Positions 27,772-43,000 of a DNA stretch of 64,000 nucleotides are shown piece by piece. The stretch comes from the human T2T-CHM13v2.0 reference genome, Homo sapiens. The stretch lies in NCBI RefSeq assembly GCF_009914755.1, contig NC_060926.1; one strand, written 5' to 3'. The translations under genes and the position numbers were made by a program. Position 1 is the first letter of the stretch; each line of letters starts with the position of its first letter. The notes below the pieces were generated by a model. It made no database searches. It saw only the letters and a program-made list of their open reading frames with translations, and was not told the origin of the DNA.

Positions 27772-30700
27772 TGCTTATTAATCAAGATTTTCAAAGTTAG
27801 ATGTTTAATTAAAGGATAATATGTCTATACCACTCATCCAACAATTTTCACTGTGAAGACCACATTAGCCAGCTCCCAGAGGAGACACATTCTGGTGAGG
27901 GGGTGGCTGGGTTCACCATATTCGCTTCTACCATCCTCCAATCCCAGCCTCTCCCTCTACCTGGGGGATTCACTGGAACCATCCATTTGTATTCCCACAT
28001 TTTTTGTGTTCTTAAGCCAGAAATGTCTCCCATATAGCTTGCCAACTGCCCACCGCTTCCAAACACCTCTATCCTCTACTGCCACGTGAATCTTAAAATA
28101 GAGCTTCCACTGTTCAGTTCTCCAGACTCACCAGCCGTTAATAGCCCCTCATCACCTAGAGGATAAATCTATAGTCCTCAGAGCCAAAAGCAGCCCTGCC
28201 CTCAGCCTTCTCATCTGGCTCATTTGGGCAATTTCTTCTGAACAGTCTACAGGCGTTCCTATTGGGAACATCTGCTCATCCATCCCACCTGCAATGCCTT
28301 TCAAAATCTGATTCAAATTCATCCACTTTACCCTACCTCACACACAAAGGCCTTTCCCTCATTTTCCCCCTCAAAACCCAATGACCACACTGTCTTGCTT
28401 GATATGCATTCCCTCCTGTCTCACAGGGCTATTTAACATTTCACTTGTTTAAGTCTTATCCATGTTTCCCTGAGAGCAGGAATTGTGTTTGGTACTCACA
28501 TGCACACAGCCTGCATGTAACATCACACCTTACCCAGAGTAAAGACTAAAACAAAAATGTAATCATTTAAAACTTATTTTCTTGTTCCTACTTTCAATCA
28601 AGGAATCATGAGTCTCAGAGATACTCTAGGCCCCTAAATCTATATTTGTGCCCAGGAGTTGCTGATTTCAGGGATGGGAGTTTCAAAGAGAGGGTGCAGG
28701 GTCTTTTTTAAGTCTTGACAATTCCATCCATGGCCCCTTGTAAGTTTTAGAGGTTGTGAAAGATACTGAATCCTTGGGGTTCCATGAACTTGTCTGTAGT
28801 GGGTCTGTGCATTCACTCCATCATACTCTTGGTTGGCAGAGAAGCTCAGCCACTTGGGCCACTGGAACAAGGTCATTTGGAGGGCAGAACTCAGCTCTGG
28901 GGCAGATCATACGCACAGGATTGGTTTTGGAATCTATCATGTGATAGAGCTTCTCCACCTACCTTCTCTTACTACATTAACCCATAAGAGAGGCTTACCT
29001 GTTACCAACTAGTTTCATCACATACTGTCTGGAGATATGACAGGAGATACTGGAACAAGGAACACGCAGACAGTGAAAGTTTATTGATTCAGTTTACATT
29101 TAATGATTGATTGGTAGAAAGAGAAACAAGTCCTGAACAAAGTGTGCCCCTCCTTCTTGATGCCCCAAAATGCATTTAAAAATCTCTTTCAAATATACCT
29201 CGTATGTACCCTCTGCCTCATACCTAACACTGATCACATTTTGTCCAGTTAGATTGCACCTTTCCTACCTCAGAAAGGTTTACCTGACCTTACTTGACCA
29301 TGCTAGCGAGGTCTGATCACCATGTTCCATGCACATATTTTAAAGTTGGTGGAGCACTTACTTTGTCCCTGGCCAGCTCCTGCTGGGGAACCTTGTCTTT
29401 AAATGGACTGGCCTTAGCCTGTCCCAACATACACATGCCCCAAGATGCTGACAGTAAATTACAACATACTCACTCGAGTCATTACAATTTTTTTTTTTTT
29501 CAGGAATAAAGGAGGTACGCGCAAGGTCAGAGAGCCTCCTAAAGCAGTTTGGACACATTTCCATGATGCTCTCTGCCTGAGAGCAGAGCTAAAATCATCC
29601 ACAGTCCTCTACTGCCTCCCCCTCCATGCTACAAAAATGTAAAAGATGCACATTTGCCATTAGGAAAACTCCTCATTGCATTTTGGACTTGAAGTCCACT
29701 GGAGTAGGGCCATTTAAAAATGGTCTATATACCACGCTTCATGAACAAGTTTTATTACCCAAACTGAAAAAAATTAGTGATGGAAAAAATAAGGCAGATG
29801 TATATTACATCAGAATAACTGCTGCAGAAAAAATTCCAACATCATATTTCATTTGAAGATTTCTTGAATGGCCAAAGAGCAGTATTTGTGAAAATTTTTA
29901 CCATATGTATTTAGGATACTTTCTTAAAGTTTTATTTTTTAAAGACTTCAATTTAGGAAAACCATGTTTAAAATGCATTGACTTCAACTCATACCTAGTG
30001 CTGTTAAGAAGTAATGCATCTCCCTTAACGAAATGTCCAGTTACTCCTAATTTTTAAGATTTCATCACTTCTCTCTTAACTTCCCTTAATGAGAAGGCTG
30101 AACTAGCTCGCCTAGCTGAATTTATCAGTAGCCCATGCTTGAAAGAGAAATGGTTCTGCCCTCTGTTGGGGGCAACAGGTGTGCTGATGGAAGACAGATG
30201 AGCTAATCTGTTCACCTGAATCCTCTCTGTCATGTTCAATTTAGCCTCAGTCTTTAGAAACACAACCTAAAAGGTCTAAGGCAAATAGCAGCTGTCCAAA
30301 TCAGAGACCAAATTAGAGACCCTGTCCCTGAGTCCAGAAAGGGTAAACATACTCTATTGTTTCCTCACCATTTGTTTTTGGAAACACAAAATTATAGGAG
30401 GGGGAAAACCTTATTGTTATTAGAATCATCTTTCAGCAAGAAAGACAATAAATTCTAAGACCCTTAGCCTTTTGTATAACTGTTCAGTCAGGGGAGTGTT
30501 AGCACTGTGCTTGTTAATTTAGAATCTAGTTTATGAAGCTGATTATCTTTTTAAAGCAACACATTATCCGTGCTCACAAAATATCATAGTATTACTAGGA
30601 ATGTAGTTATCACATTATATTGTAATTATCACTTAAATATCTGCGCTGTTTACCAGGAAATATAAGCTCTTCAATGTCAGGAGTTACTCCTTTTTCAAAA

Positions 30701-30794
30701 AAATCATGGTTCATAACACAACATTTGAAACATGTTTAGCATTAAATAAATATTTATTATTGCTATACTTATCATTAAACTACGCTAGTAGATA

Positions 30795-31000
30795 TCAACT
30801 ATTGAGTTCTTATTGCAAAAGGCATCGTGCTCAACTCTTTCCATACATTGTCTAATCCTTTATGGCATCCCTATGGGACAGGTATTACCACCCTCTGTTC
30901 ACAGGTAAGCAAACAAGGCTTAGTAAGGTAGGTAATTGCTCCAGATCATTCAGCTGTGTAGGGAAGAGACAGGCTTCCATCCAGGGCCACCCAACTCCAA
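30795..31000 (-). mobile_element. MIR
   Basis: 'ccctatgggacaggtattaccaccctctgttcacaggtaagcaaacaaggcttagtaagg'. Confidence 0.7.
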
Positions 31001-32197
31001 ACAGGCACGTCCCTAAATGCTACACTAAATATCCATGGACGTCCATGATTCTGAGAACTAGCTCTCTGCACTCACTATTTGTAATCAAAATCAGCAAGTG
31101 TTATATTAATAACTTCAGAAACGCTGTCATAGTCAAAAATTTGCATCAAATGTCTTAGAAATGAGCCTAATAGTCACAATACTTTTCATCATCCCCAAGA
31201 AAGAGATGAAAAAGTATATTCCCAATAAAATACTTGGATGGAAAGGCACAACTCGAAAAATAAAACATTGTAAAACTTCACTGTAATATGAGAACAAATG
31301 AAGAGAGCAGATGATGAAGGTACTGGAATAAATTAAAGAGAGCTCATCTATAAAGCATAGATATCGAGGACAAACTTACAACTTCAAATGAATAAAAACT
31401 GTTAATTAAACAGGAGCTTCAGTATACATATAATGTTTGAACTTTGTCATTTAAAAATAGCATTTCGTTTTCTGCACCACTAGAAACTACATTTTGAACA
31501 CATTCAGGATTTCACAGCTACAATACTAGAAATGTTTATTCCAATTAAATGTTACAATTACTCTACTGTGTATTATCTTTTCCTTTATTTCTCCCTATTT
31601 CATCAATTTCTTTTTAAAAATTGTGTAAGTCATGCAGTTTTTGAAACTCACCATCTTACAATGACTTTTATTCTTAAGTATGTCAGATGGACATTTAACT
31701 CGATGTGACTTTAAGAACTCTTTCTTTTACGTAATCAATCACTTGTCCTAAAAAGACTAAAGCATGTGCATCAAAACTGTATCTTTTTTTTTTTAAGCAT
31801 GCAGCTGTCTTTGTCAAGCACTGCATCTTTTCAAGGAAATGTCAGCAATGTTATTCTTGGGCCTCCTTCTGCCCAAGAGGCCAAGGAGGGATGAACAATG
31901 ACGGCAACAAGACACTTAATCAATAGCAGTCACAGCACCATTTTTTATCCTCCAGAATCTTCATTTTCAATGAGGTTTACATCATTAAAGTAAGAAAACA
32001 GGACCGTCAATCTCCATTGGCTTCAAGTGGTGGATGGAAGAATTAATTTGACTGCCATAAAAATAATGATGTAGCTGTATGCTTTAAACCTTTAAAAATT
32101 TATTTTTAGGCTTAAAACCTAGGAGGAGGACAGACATGTTGCCTAGAAATAAAAGCACTGATTTATCAATTCTTTCTTTTTCTTATATTCTAGACAG

Positions 32198-32365
32198 ATT
32201 TTTTTTTTAAATTTTATAGATGTGGTCTCACTGTGCTGTCCAGGCTGGAGTACAGTGGCTATTCACAGGCGAGATCATAGCTCACTGCAGCCTCAAACTC
32301 CTGGGACCAAGCAATCCTTCAGTCAGTCTCCTGAGCAGCTGAACTACAGGCCTGTGCCATGGGGA
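32198..32365 (-). mobile_element. FAM (fossil Alu monomer, 7SL-derived)
   Basis: Monomer carrying 'gtggctattcacaggcg' (antisense of 7SL 'cgcctgtgaatagccac'), which dimeric Alus lack. Confidence 0.8.
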
Positions 32366-32601
32366 CTGACTCCACACAGATTTCTAACAGATCTGAATCT
32401 TGTAAAGAAAGGCAATAGGTTTCAATCCAAGTCCTTTTAAGGTGTTATGAATAATCCATTTGAAATATATTTATTAGCAGAGGTACCTGTGCCATTGTTT
32501 TTGAATCATGTTGACACATGCCATCTCCAACATGTGTTCTCACTATGACAGATTTATATGAAAGGAGTAAAAACATCACAAGCACCCGCATAACGCCTTC
32601 C

Positions 32602-33066
<465 letters not shown>

Positions 33067-33989
33067 CCTCATCCACCAGAAAACACAGGTGCCCTTTTGC
33101 GTGTGCACAGGCGAGTTCTGAAATAGGAGGGCTCTCTGTTTGGTCTTTTTGTTCCCACAGTGTTCTCCCCCGAGTGCCCCAGACATTCTGTGTGAATTTG
33201 GTACATGTACCAGCATACGCCTGGAGTGGTAATGGGACACCAGCTCAGCCAGCGGTGCTCTGTGAATTTTCTGGAAAACTACAGGTGGCCACTTCCACCC
33301 AATGAGGCAGCAGCAAGGGAAATGGCAGGACAGGTGAAGGGTTTTGATTGGTACAAAATTCAGGGAACACACAGGCTCTGTCATTAGGTGTACGTTCTGG
33401 GTTCTCATGCCTAGCTCTATACATTCAAATACTTTGCTTCTAATCCTTTAGTTTTGGTATTCACTTCAACTGAACATTCATCAGAAATGCAATTAAAAAT
33501 ACTTTTAACAAATGATTGAGATACATGCATTCCCAGCTCATTTTCAATTATGACAAAAACAAAACAAGCCTTGCCTGGACAGTCACGAGGCTTGACCGGG
33601 CACACTGAATGCTCAGAGGTCAGAGTGGGCAGGAGCCCCGGAGCAGGAGGAAGAAGCGGGTAACCTCTCTGAGTTCTGCACTTTCTCCCAACCAGCACTC
33701 TCTCACAGGCTGCACACTAACTACCCCTCCGTGCCCCTGTCCTTCAAAGGGCAGGACTGTGGGGGTGTTGGGGGCAGGCTTTGACGTGCACCACTTCTGT
33801 CTGGGCACAGTGACCTCTGCATGCCCCTGGCCTATCAGGTACAGATCCACAGCCTGTCAGTTGCACCCTCCCTGACACCACCACCGGGACCTGCACAGAC
33901 TGGGAGTTCATTTCCTTGCTCACTGGGGCCTGCCTTCCCCAGGCTGGTGTCTTCTGATAGCCAAACTGAGGGGTGGGAGGTATTTTGAA

Positions 33990-34515
33990 ATGCAGATTTA
34001 ATTATTCATGTGTGGTGAGGCCAACAGATCAGGAGATAACTGCCACTGAAATGATAGTTTGTTACACACAGTTCCCAATGGGAGGGGACATGCCACACAC
34101 GGTGGGGGTCACACAGGGAAGCACCAAGGTCAGCTGGGAGGTAGAGGGAGCCAGGGAGAAAAGTGGGCAAGAGCCTTTATTGTTTTCCATGGGAGGGAAC
34201 GGACAAGGATTTGAGTAAGTAGGTTTAGGATTGGCTATTTGGAATAACTTCAGCGAGATCTGGAGCACAGAGGCTGTCCTGAGTTATCTGGTATGTGTCC
34301 TGGATTGATTAGGGCAGGAGACAGGGGCCCAGAGTGTGAGAGCCCAGAAAAGGAGGTGGGGTATGGGCTTTGGAGCAGTTGTTTGTGGGTGAAAGGCGTG
34401 TTCCCAGCAGCAGGCCAGGCTTTTGCTGTCTCCGGGAATTAGCTAGCCTTTCAGGGTCAGTGAGGCCCTAAGATGTCAAAGCTTCAAAATGCAGAATAAA
34501 AAGACATGATCAGTA
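33990..34515 (-). mobile_element. MER21-like (ERVL) solo LTR
   Basis: 'gtgaggccaacagatcaggagataactgccactgaaatgatagtttgttac' and 'ggccctaagatgtcaaag...cagaataaaaagacatgat'. Confidence 0.75.
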
Positions 34516-34834
34516 AAGAAGCGAACAAGGAGCAGGCAGGTGAGCATCACAGCCTCCAGCAGAGGCAGCCAGAGTCTGCCCAGCCCGGCAGGATGCTGAA
34601 GCTGGGGAAGACAGACTTCTCTTACCCCTGCTGCAGGTGCGGGCAGGCGGGCGACTGAGCTTTCCACTTTGGTCCTGTGACAAATGGAGGACAGCTGCAG
34701 ATGGATGTTTCACCCAACACCAAGCAAGCAGACATAACCTCACTGTGCGAGGCGATACTGCCTCACTGTACAGATGAAGACACAGAGGTTCAGAATGTGT
34801 GGAAGGGCTTTTCCCAGGGTCCCACAGCTCATAG

Positions 34835-35229
<395 letters not shown>

Positions 35230-36438
35230 TCAGACCTTTAGAAGGAAAATATATGGGCTCCAAAATAAAAAGAGAAAGCAATAATGTCAAAATTAATAAT
35301 GTTTAATTAAACGTCTAAAAACATATTAAGCCATTTTTATTCATTGTTACATTTAGTTTTCATTACAAAATTCATTACACTTGAAAATAATATGTAGCTT
35401 AGATTTTTTCCCACATTCTAAGAATTCTTGAGTTTGCCTAATGATAACTGAGAAGCCAACTATAAATTAAATGAATTACTCATAGTCAGATAACTCCAAA
35501 AGCAAAATTATAAAAGCTCTTTATAAAGAGCTTTATAATAAACTTTATAAAGTTTAAAGAATTTTTTCAACTGTTGTATTTAATATGGGATGTGAGTCTA
35601 TTTTAATCTGTCTCCCAGGATGGGGTGGGGCCTCTGAAAGAAAGCAGGCCTACTGTTTCGGAGGTCTTCAAAGGGCCCTGCCTGCATCAACCTGCTCTCA
35701 AATTCCAGCTCCTTCTACTCGCATTCCCTCCCCAGCAACACCTGCCCTGGACGGCAGTTCCAGAGGTCCCTTCAGAGCAGGCCCACTGCTGAGAATGGCT
35801 CAGGGGCTCTGCTTCCTGCTCAAGACAGCATCCGATCTCTGTAGCACTGCAGGCCCTGACTGCTCCCACAGAGTGTTATGGCCTCTACGCACACCAACAT
35901 CCTGAGCACCAGAGGGAATCTTGGGAGATCAATATAATTGTGGAGAATAATTCTAAGATTACCTCCCAGCTCGTGGTGGGGCCCAGCATTCAACTCTGGG
36001 TCCTTCCATCCTAGAACAGCATAGAGGGAAGGTGTGGACTTGGGGGGTGACCAATGCCAGTGACCAAGGAGAAGCTGTTCCAAGGGTGGGCAAGGAAGGG
36101 AATATGGTTGCTTAATTCTCACCTCCCTGGCGCTCCCACAGATCATTCTGTGCCCATGAAGAAGACATCACAGGGTGAACCATGACCATTAACAGCTTTG
36201 CTAAAAAAATCCACGTAACTGTCTTTGTTACCCATGGCAGGACCTGCCTGCTCCCTGGTGCTGGGGCCACCTTCTGCTCAGGATGTGACAATGGTCACAC
36301 CTTCTCAGAACCTTCCACAACAGGAATATATCTGATTATATGAATATATGTGAAGTATTTCACAGAGTGTGCTACACAGAGCAAGCATTTAATACGTATG
36401 ACTGACTAGGAGCCTGACAGTCTCTATTTAGACAGCAC

Positions 36439-36770
36439 TGTGGACTCAATGCACGTTTTTCCTCAAAATTCACAAGTTGAAGCCCTAACCCCAGTGTGAT
36501 GGGATTTGGAGATGGGGCCTTTGGGAGGTAATTCGGGTTGGATCAGATCAGGAAGGCGGAGCCCTTGTGATGAGTGTCCTTGTAAGAAGAGACATCAGAG
36601 ACACAGCACAAAGGTGGCTGTCTGCAAGTCAGGACTGGGGCTCTCACCAAACACTGAACCCTGCCCGGCCCTGATCCTGAGCTTTTCAGCCTCCAGAATT
36701 CGGGGAAAATAAGTTCCCCTTGTTTAACTCTACAGTCTATGGCATTTTGTTACGGCAGCCCAATAATGCT
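36439..36770 (+). mobile_element. MLT1A-type (MaLR) solo LTR
   Basis: 'caaaattcacaagttgaagccctaaccccagtgtgatgggatttggagatggggcctttgggaggtaatt...cagtctatggcattttgttacggcagccc'. Confidence 0.85.
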
Positions 36771-36924
36771 CACTGATGGTTTTATAAACTAGAGAAGAAC
36801 ATCAACTAACACTATTTGATTTTCATAAATTGAGAGGGGCTAGACACAGAAACTTCCAAATACCTTTATCACTATCCTTAAATTCTATTTGAAATTTTTA
36901 TCTATCAGTATTTAAGGGACTCAG

Positions 36925-37270
36925 AAACTGAGAATCTGGGTTCAGACTACTTGAGTTTACATCCCGTTCTGCCACTTTCTAAGTTTTGAGGCTCCATGTA
37001 TCTGAACCACAATCTTCTTATCTGTAAACTGGAGCTAATAACCGGCCTTCTCTCATGGAATGGTTGTGGAAATTAACCCATTTATGCCAGAGGTTGCAAA
37101 TTTCTTTTTTTGTGCAAAATCAGACCTTTGCAATGACCTTGAGTAGTAGGATATAAATAACTCCCACAAGCTTAGCAATAATGGAACCAGTAATGGAACA
37201 CTAGGCATAAATGGGTTAAACAGGATGTTCCTCACAAAGCCCAGAAAAATACACATTGATATGGTGCCTG
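36925..37270 (+). mobile_element. MIR split by MER85
   Basis: 'gggttcagactacttgagtttacatccc...ttcttatctgtaaactggagctaata...ggttgtggaaattaa' continues after MER85. Confidence 0.6.
37077..37215. mobile_element. MER85 (non-autonomous piggyBac, PGBD3-derived), full length
   Basis: 139 bp; TTAA on both sides (37073-37076, 37216-37219); perfect 12 bp TIR 'cccatttatgcc' / 'ggcataaatggg'; internal 'gaccttgagtagtaggatataaataactcccacaagcttagc'. Confidence 0.93.
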
Positions 37271-37356
37271 GATGCCTTTTTTTGAAAAAAAAAAAAGGAG
37301 GGAAAATAAAGATAATATTTATGGCTACATGTGCATCTGCTTAAAGAAAACTCTAG

Positions 37357-37845
<489 letters not shown>

Positions 37846-37854
37846 AGGAAAATA

Positions 37855-38375
37855 CTTTTAAAATGCTTAAATTACATAATACATAGGTGTATGCTTTTAG
37901 AAACATCACACAGTACAAAAGCACACAGATTTAAAAATGTAAGTCCCTCTTCTGCTTCAGTCTGTATCCAAAATTAACCAATTACTAATAGCTTTGTGTG
38001 CCATTATTTAAAAATAAAAATGGAACCACGCTATGTACAGGTGTGGCAGCTGCCTTTCATTCAGCATTTCTCGAGGCCTTTTCATTGCCAGCACACATAG
38101 GTTGGCTCCATTTTGTGTAACTGACACATGAGAAACCACACCATGATTACACCACGATTTACTGAACTTCTTCTGTATAAGAAAGCACTGGGGTTGTTGA
38201 CAGTTTTTCTGTATATGAGTTGATGCATGAGCATGGCTATTTCTACTGGATATGTTCTGAGCAAGGAACATCAAGCTCGAAGGGCTCACACTTTCAAATT
38301 GTATAGATACTGCCAAATTACATTCTGCAAAGACAATGCCTGTGTCCAATCCCACCAACAAGGTGTTTCCCATAC
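37855..38375 (-). mobile_element. Old L1ME/L1MC 3' fragment
   Basis: 'gcatggctatttctactggatatgttc...ttcaaattgtatagatactgccaaatt...aatcccaccaacaaggtg'. Confidence 0.6.
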
Positions 38376-38778
38376 TTTGGAAGAGATTTATGTAAAAATC
38401 ATGTAAACATTTTTAAAGTGTTTTTTAAGTTGAACCGCAATTCAGAAACATTGAGTAGAAGTGTGTCTTTGATTTTAAAAAGATGATATGCTGAAATTTA
38501 GATACGCTGAAGTGCAGAGACATTCTTGTGGAATAGGGATCAGAGCCTTCCCTTATATATTATTGAACTGCATCCATTTACATAACCTTCTGAAGTCAGT
38601 TTTATAAAGAGGCCACCAGGCTCATGGCAGACAGGATCTTACCCCTGATAAAGGCTGACCTCTGACACTGCAAAGCCCCTCACCACCGTGCCAGCCACAG
38701 TGAGCGTCCGGGCTATGCTCTCCATCCTTGCTGACGAACAGACAGAGCACACAGCAGGGACTCGGTGGGAGTGATTTA

Positions 38779-39195
<417 letters not shown>

Positions 39196-39630
39196 TCAAT
39201 GGAGAAACTGGCAATATAAAACTCAAGAAAACTCTGTCCACCTTAAGTTTCTGGATAAATAACTAGGGAGGCCTAAGTTGGTTGTATAATAAGTAGGGCA
39301 TTTATATGACCTTGTAAATTTGTATGAAACTGTGTACTATGGAATGCACCAAACATTCTGCATTGAGGAGTTTCCTACTACTATCAGGGACCTCTGAAGC
39401 TTCCCCATCTAAAGACTCACCTGTGATCCCCAAATTCCAGAAATATAGAAAGCCATCCTGACCCACTCCCATGCTGCAGCCACCTGTCCATAAGCCCACT
39501 CCTGCCACTTCTGCAGGAGTCTCTGGTTCTTGGAGTTATCTTCCTGGGTCAGTGCCTGATGCCTTTTGCATGAACTGTCACCCAAGAACCTGTCAGAAGT
39601 TTCCAGCTGAAGTGAAGCAGATTTAAGTGA

Positions 39631-40006
<376 letters not shown>

Positions 40007-43000
40007 CTGTGCATTCTTATTTCATAGTTCTCTCTCCATCTTCCCAGGTGTACATGAACTGTTTTGCAAGTACACCCCGTGAATTTTAAAGAAATGGTTT
40101 ACTTTTATTAGTTACTACATATAATTTTTTTAATTGTATTGTGAAGGCTTTTTAAAAAGCTGAACAATAGTTGGTTACTTTATCTACTAAAGTTAAGTGA
40201 AATAGATATTTACTACAAAATAAATGAAAGGTGAATTCAACTAATTTACCATAATTATGATTGCTATTTTGGGATAACAAAGACCAATATTTAAACTGAA
40301 TTTCAGGACTTTTTATTCAGCAGCAAGTATAAGACAAATTGGATGGTAAGCATATATACTTTGAAATTTCATTTTCAGTCACATGCAATTAATTTGAAAA
40401 TAAAACACCCCCCTGGCTCCCATTCTCTCCCCCTAAAACATCATTCCAGCCTATTTTCATAGAATCGTAGGAGTGAAATAGAGTCACACGGACTGTGGCT
40501 ATCAGGCCCCCTCAGACTTACTCAAAATGTCTCTTTGGCCAGGTCTGCCCATCCTTTGGTGGAGGCCTGCTCAGACCCACTCGGGTCTCTCTGCTCATGT
40601 TGGTCATCTCTCCTCACACTGACCTCCCACTGCCCACACCAGACCACCTTTTCAAAACCCGGCTTCTTATCTCACCTTGCAAGGCCTCTGCTGAGGATTT
40701 TAGTGCCCGGTTCTAACTTCCTTCCAGTTCTGGAGAGCTCACTGTCTAGACCACTCCTGTTAGTCCTCATTCACTTACCGTCTTCTATCATCATTTGACA
40801 GTCCTTTCTGATAAGATCCTTTAGGAGTGAGACACACATATATTGTTTTATTTGACCAGTAAGGTAATGAATATGTAGTTAGCAAATGCCAATAAACACT
40901 GAATTGAAATACGTAGTTGAAAAAAAGATGTAGGCAAATGAATTTTATGCACTTAAGAGCCCCAGAACTCTAATGCAAAATTATAATCTGCCAGTTTAAT
41001 AAAAACACATTAATTGTGAATTGATAAGAAGAAACAAAGCCTCTCAAGTGATTACCTTCTGAAAAATACTGGAGACCTCATCTGATAAGCTGGGTTGACA
41101 AGTCTTAAGGCTTTTCAAAGTCTAGCTCCCTCTGTAATTTCCACCAAGTACACGACAATGTTATATGAGAACCACAGAAAAAATGTGGCTGCTTCTCTTC
41201 CTTCCTGTTATTAACAAAAATGTTTGCAGAGTGGAAGATGTCTGAGTGCTCATTCCCTTCATTTCTGCTTTAGCTTCTTAAAGAATGGACATTTTTTCCC
41301 TAAAGGATCTTCAAAATAATAACCACTCCCATTTACTGGGCACCCACCCCGTGTGCAGCACAACGTCAAACGCCATATGGGATCATCTCACTTTACCATC
41401 ACTCAAGTCATAGAGGCCAGATCCTCCACAAGGACACTGAGGCACCGAGAGAGAGTGGGTACCACGATGCCATCTCGCAGCCACATCCTTGCCCTGCTGC
41501 CAGGCTAGCTCTTGATGCTGACCACAGCTCTCCAAGCCCATCGCCTAGGAGAAGCTGTGGGTGCAAACTTCAAGAACAAGCTCTTCCTCAGGAAGAGTGC
41601 TTCTGTGAGCCACTGGATCTGGGGCAACTTCTCCTTTTCCATCATCTTCTCTGCCCCGGGCATGGCATCACAGTCTTGTCCACAGTCCTGCACTTGCTCA
41701 CGTTGACACTGGGGGCTGCCATGGGTCGCCTCTGGCCCACCTGCTGCACCCGGATACTGAGGAAGCCCATTCCCCAGGAAGCCTCTTGCGGCCACCCACT
41801 CTGATCACCTCCTGCCACCAGACCAATTTTTCAGTCATACATTTTCATCTCAGCATAAAATTCTAAGACAGTCCCCACTGCCTTCAGGCCTGACATCAAA
41901 GGCTCCACTGCCTGGGGCTCTCTCGCTTTGGCCAACGCTGACTCCCACTTTGCCCTGCCCTCACAGGGCCTGTCCTGCCTCCTCCCCACCAGCAGCCCAG
42001 TCTCCTTCCTGTTTCCTGTCCTCCACTCCTTGCTCCCACTCTTCCCTCAAACCTCTGCTTATGCTAATCTCACCTTCTAAACCAAGACCACTGCAAATGC
42101 CGTATTTCTGCTACAGCCATTGTCACAGGGCTGGGCACACAGATTGTCTTAATAAGTACCTGTGGATTTGACATGTCTGGATTTTGGCAACACAAATGGA
42201 ATGCAAAATACTGAATAGATAAGAAAACAAAAATGCCTACTTCTGAAAAAATACCTCTTCCTACTTTCACGCCACATTCACAAATATACACAAGTTCTTC
42301 CAACTCTCCTAATCTTGGCAAGTTTAAACTACAGTTTTCTGAAACAAAGGTCACTTGCTCAGCTACAGATAAATAAAAATTCACAAGCATCTCCAGGAAA
42401 ATCAATACAGGTACTAAAAAATCTAAGTTGATAATAAATTTCAGTTCCCCTTGCACATAGCTCAGGAATGTCACTATTTACTGGAATCACTGTAATATCA
42501 GATATTTCAGAAGAGTATTGATTTGGCCACTGAAGTGTGACTAAAGGGATAAATAAACTGCTCCTGGGGTCAATCGATCCATTTATCTTCACTGGTATTT
42601 TATAAAAAGTCAAAGTAGCATAAACTTTGATAAATAAATGTTATCATGAAAGAAGTATTGCTGACATAAGGATTTGAAGGAAAAAAGAACAGACAGTTCC
42701 GCTACCTGAACGCCACACAATTGGCTTCACATTTTAGTAGTTTTAATAGTAGCTACCGACATAGAAACATTCTTTTTCTCCTGCCCTACATAATCCATGG
42801 GGCCAGGTCAAAGTCTGAGCCACATGGCCAAGAAACAGAGGGGCCACAAGTCAAGTCCTAATGAAATAGAAAGGCAAAGGAAATAACATTTGTTTCTGCC
42901 TTATTAGAAAGTAACTGCTAGGGTCTCCAAGGTAGACACATGTCTTTGGATATTTTGAAGGCACGTCTGGAAATGGCAGAACTATTTAGACTTAGAAAAT

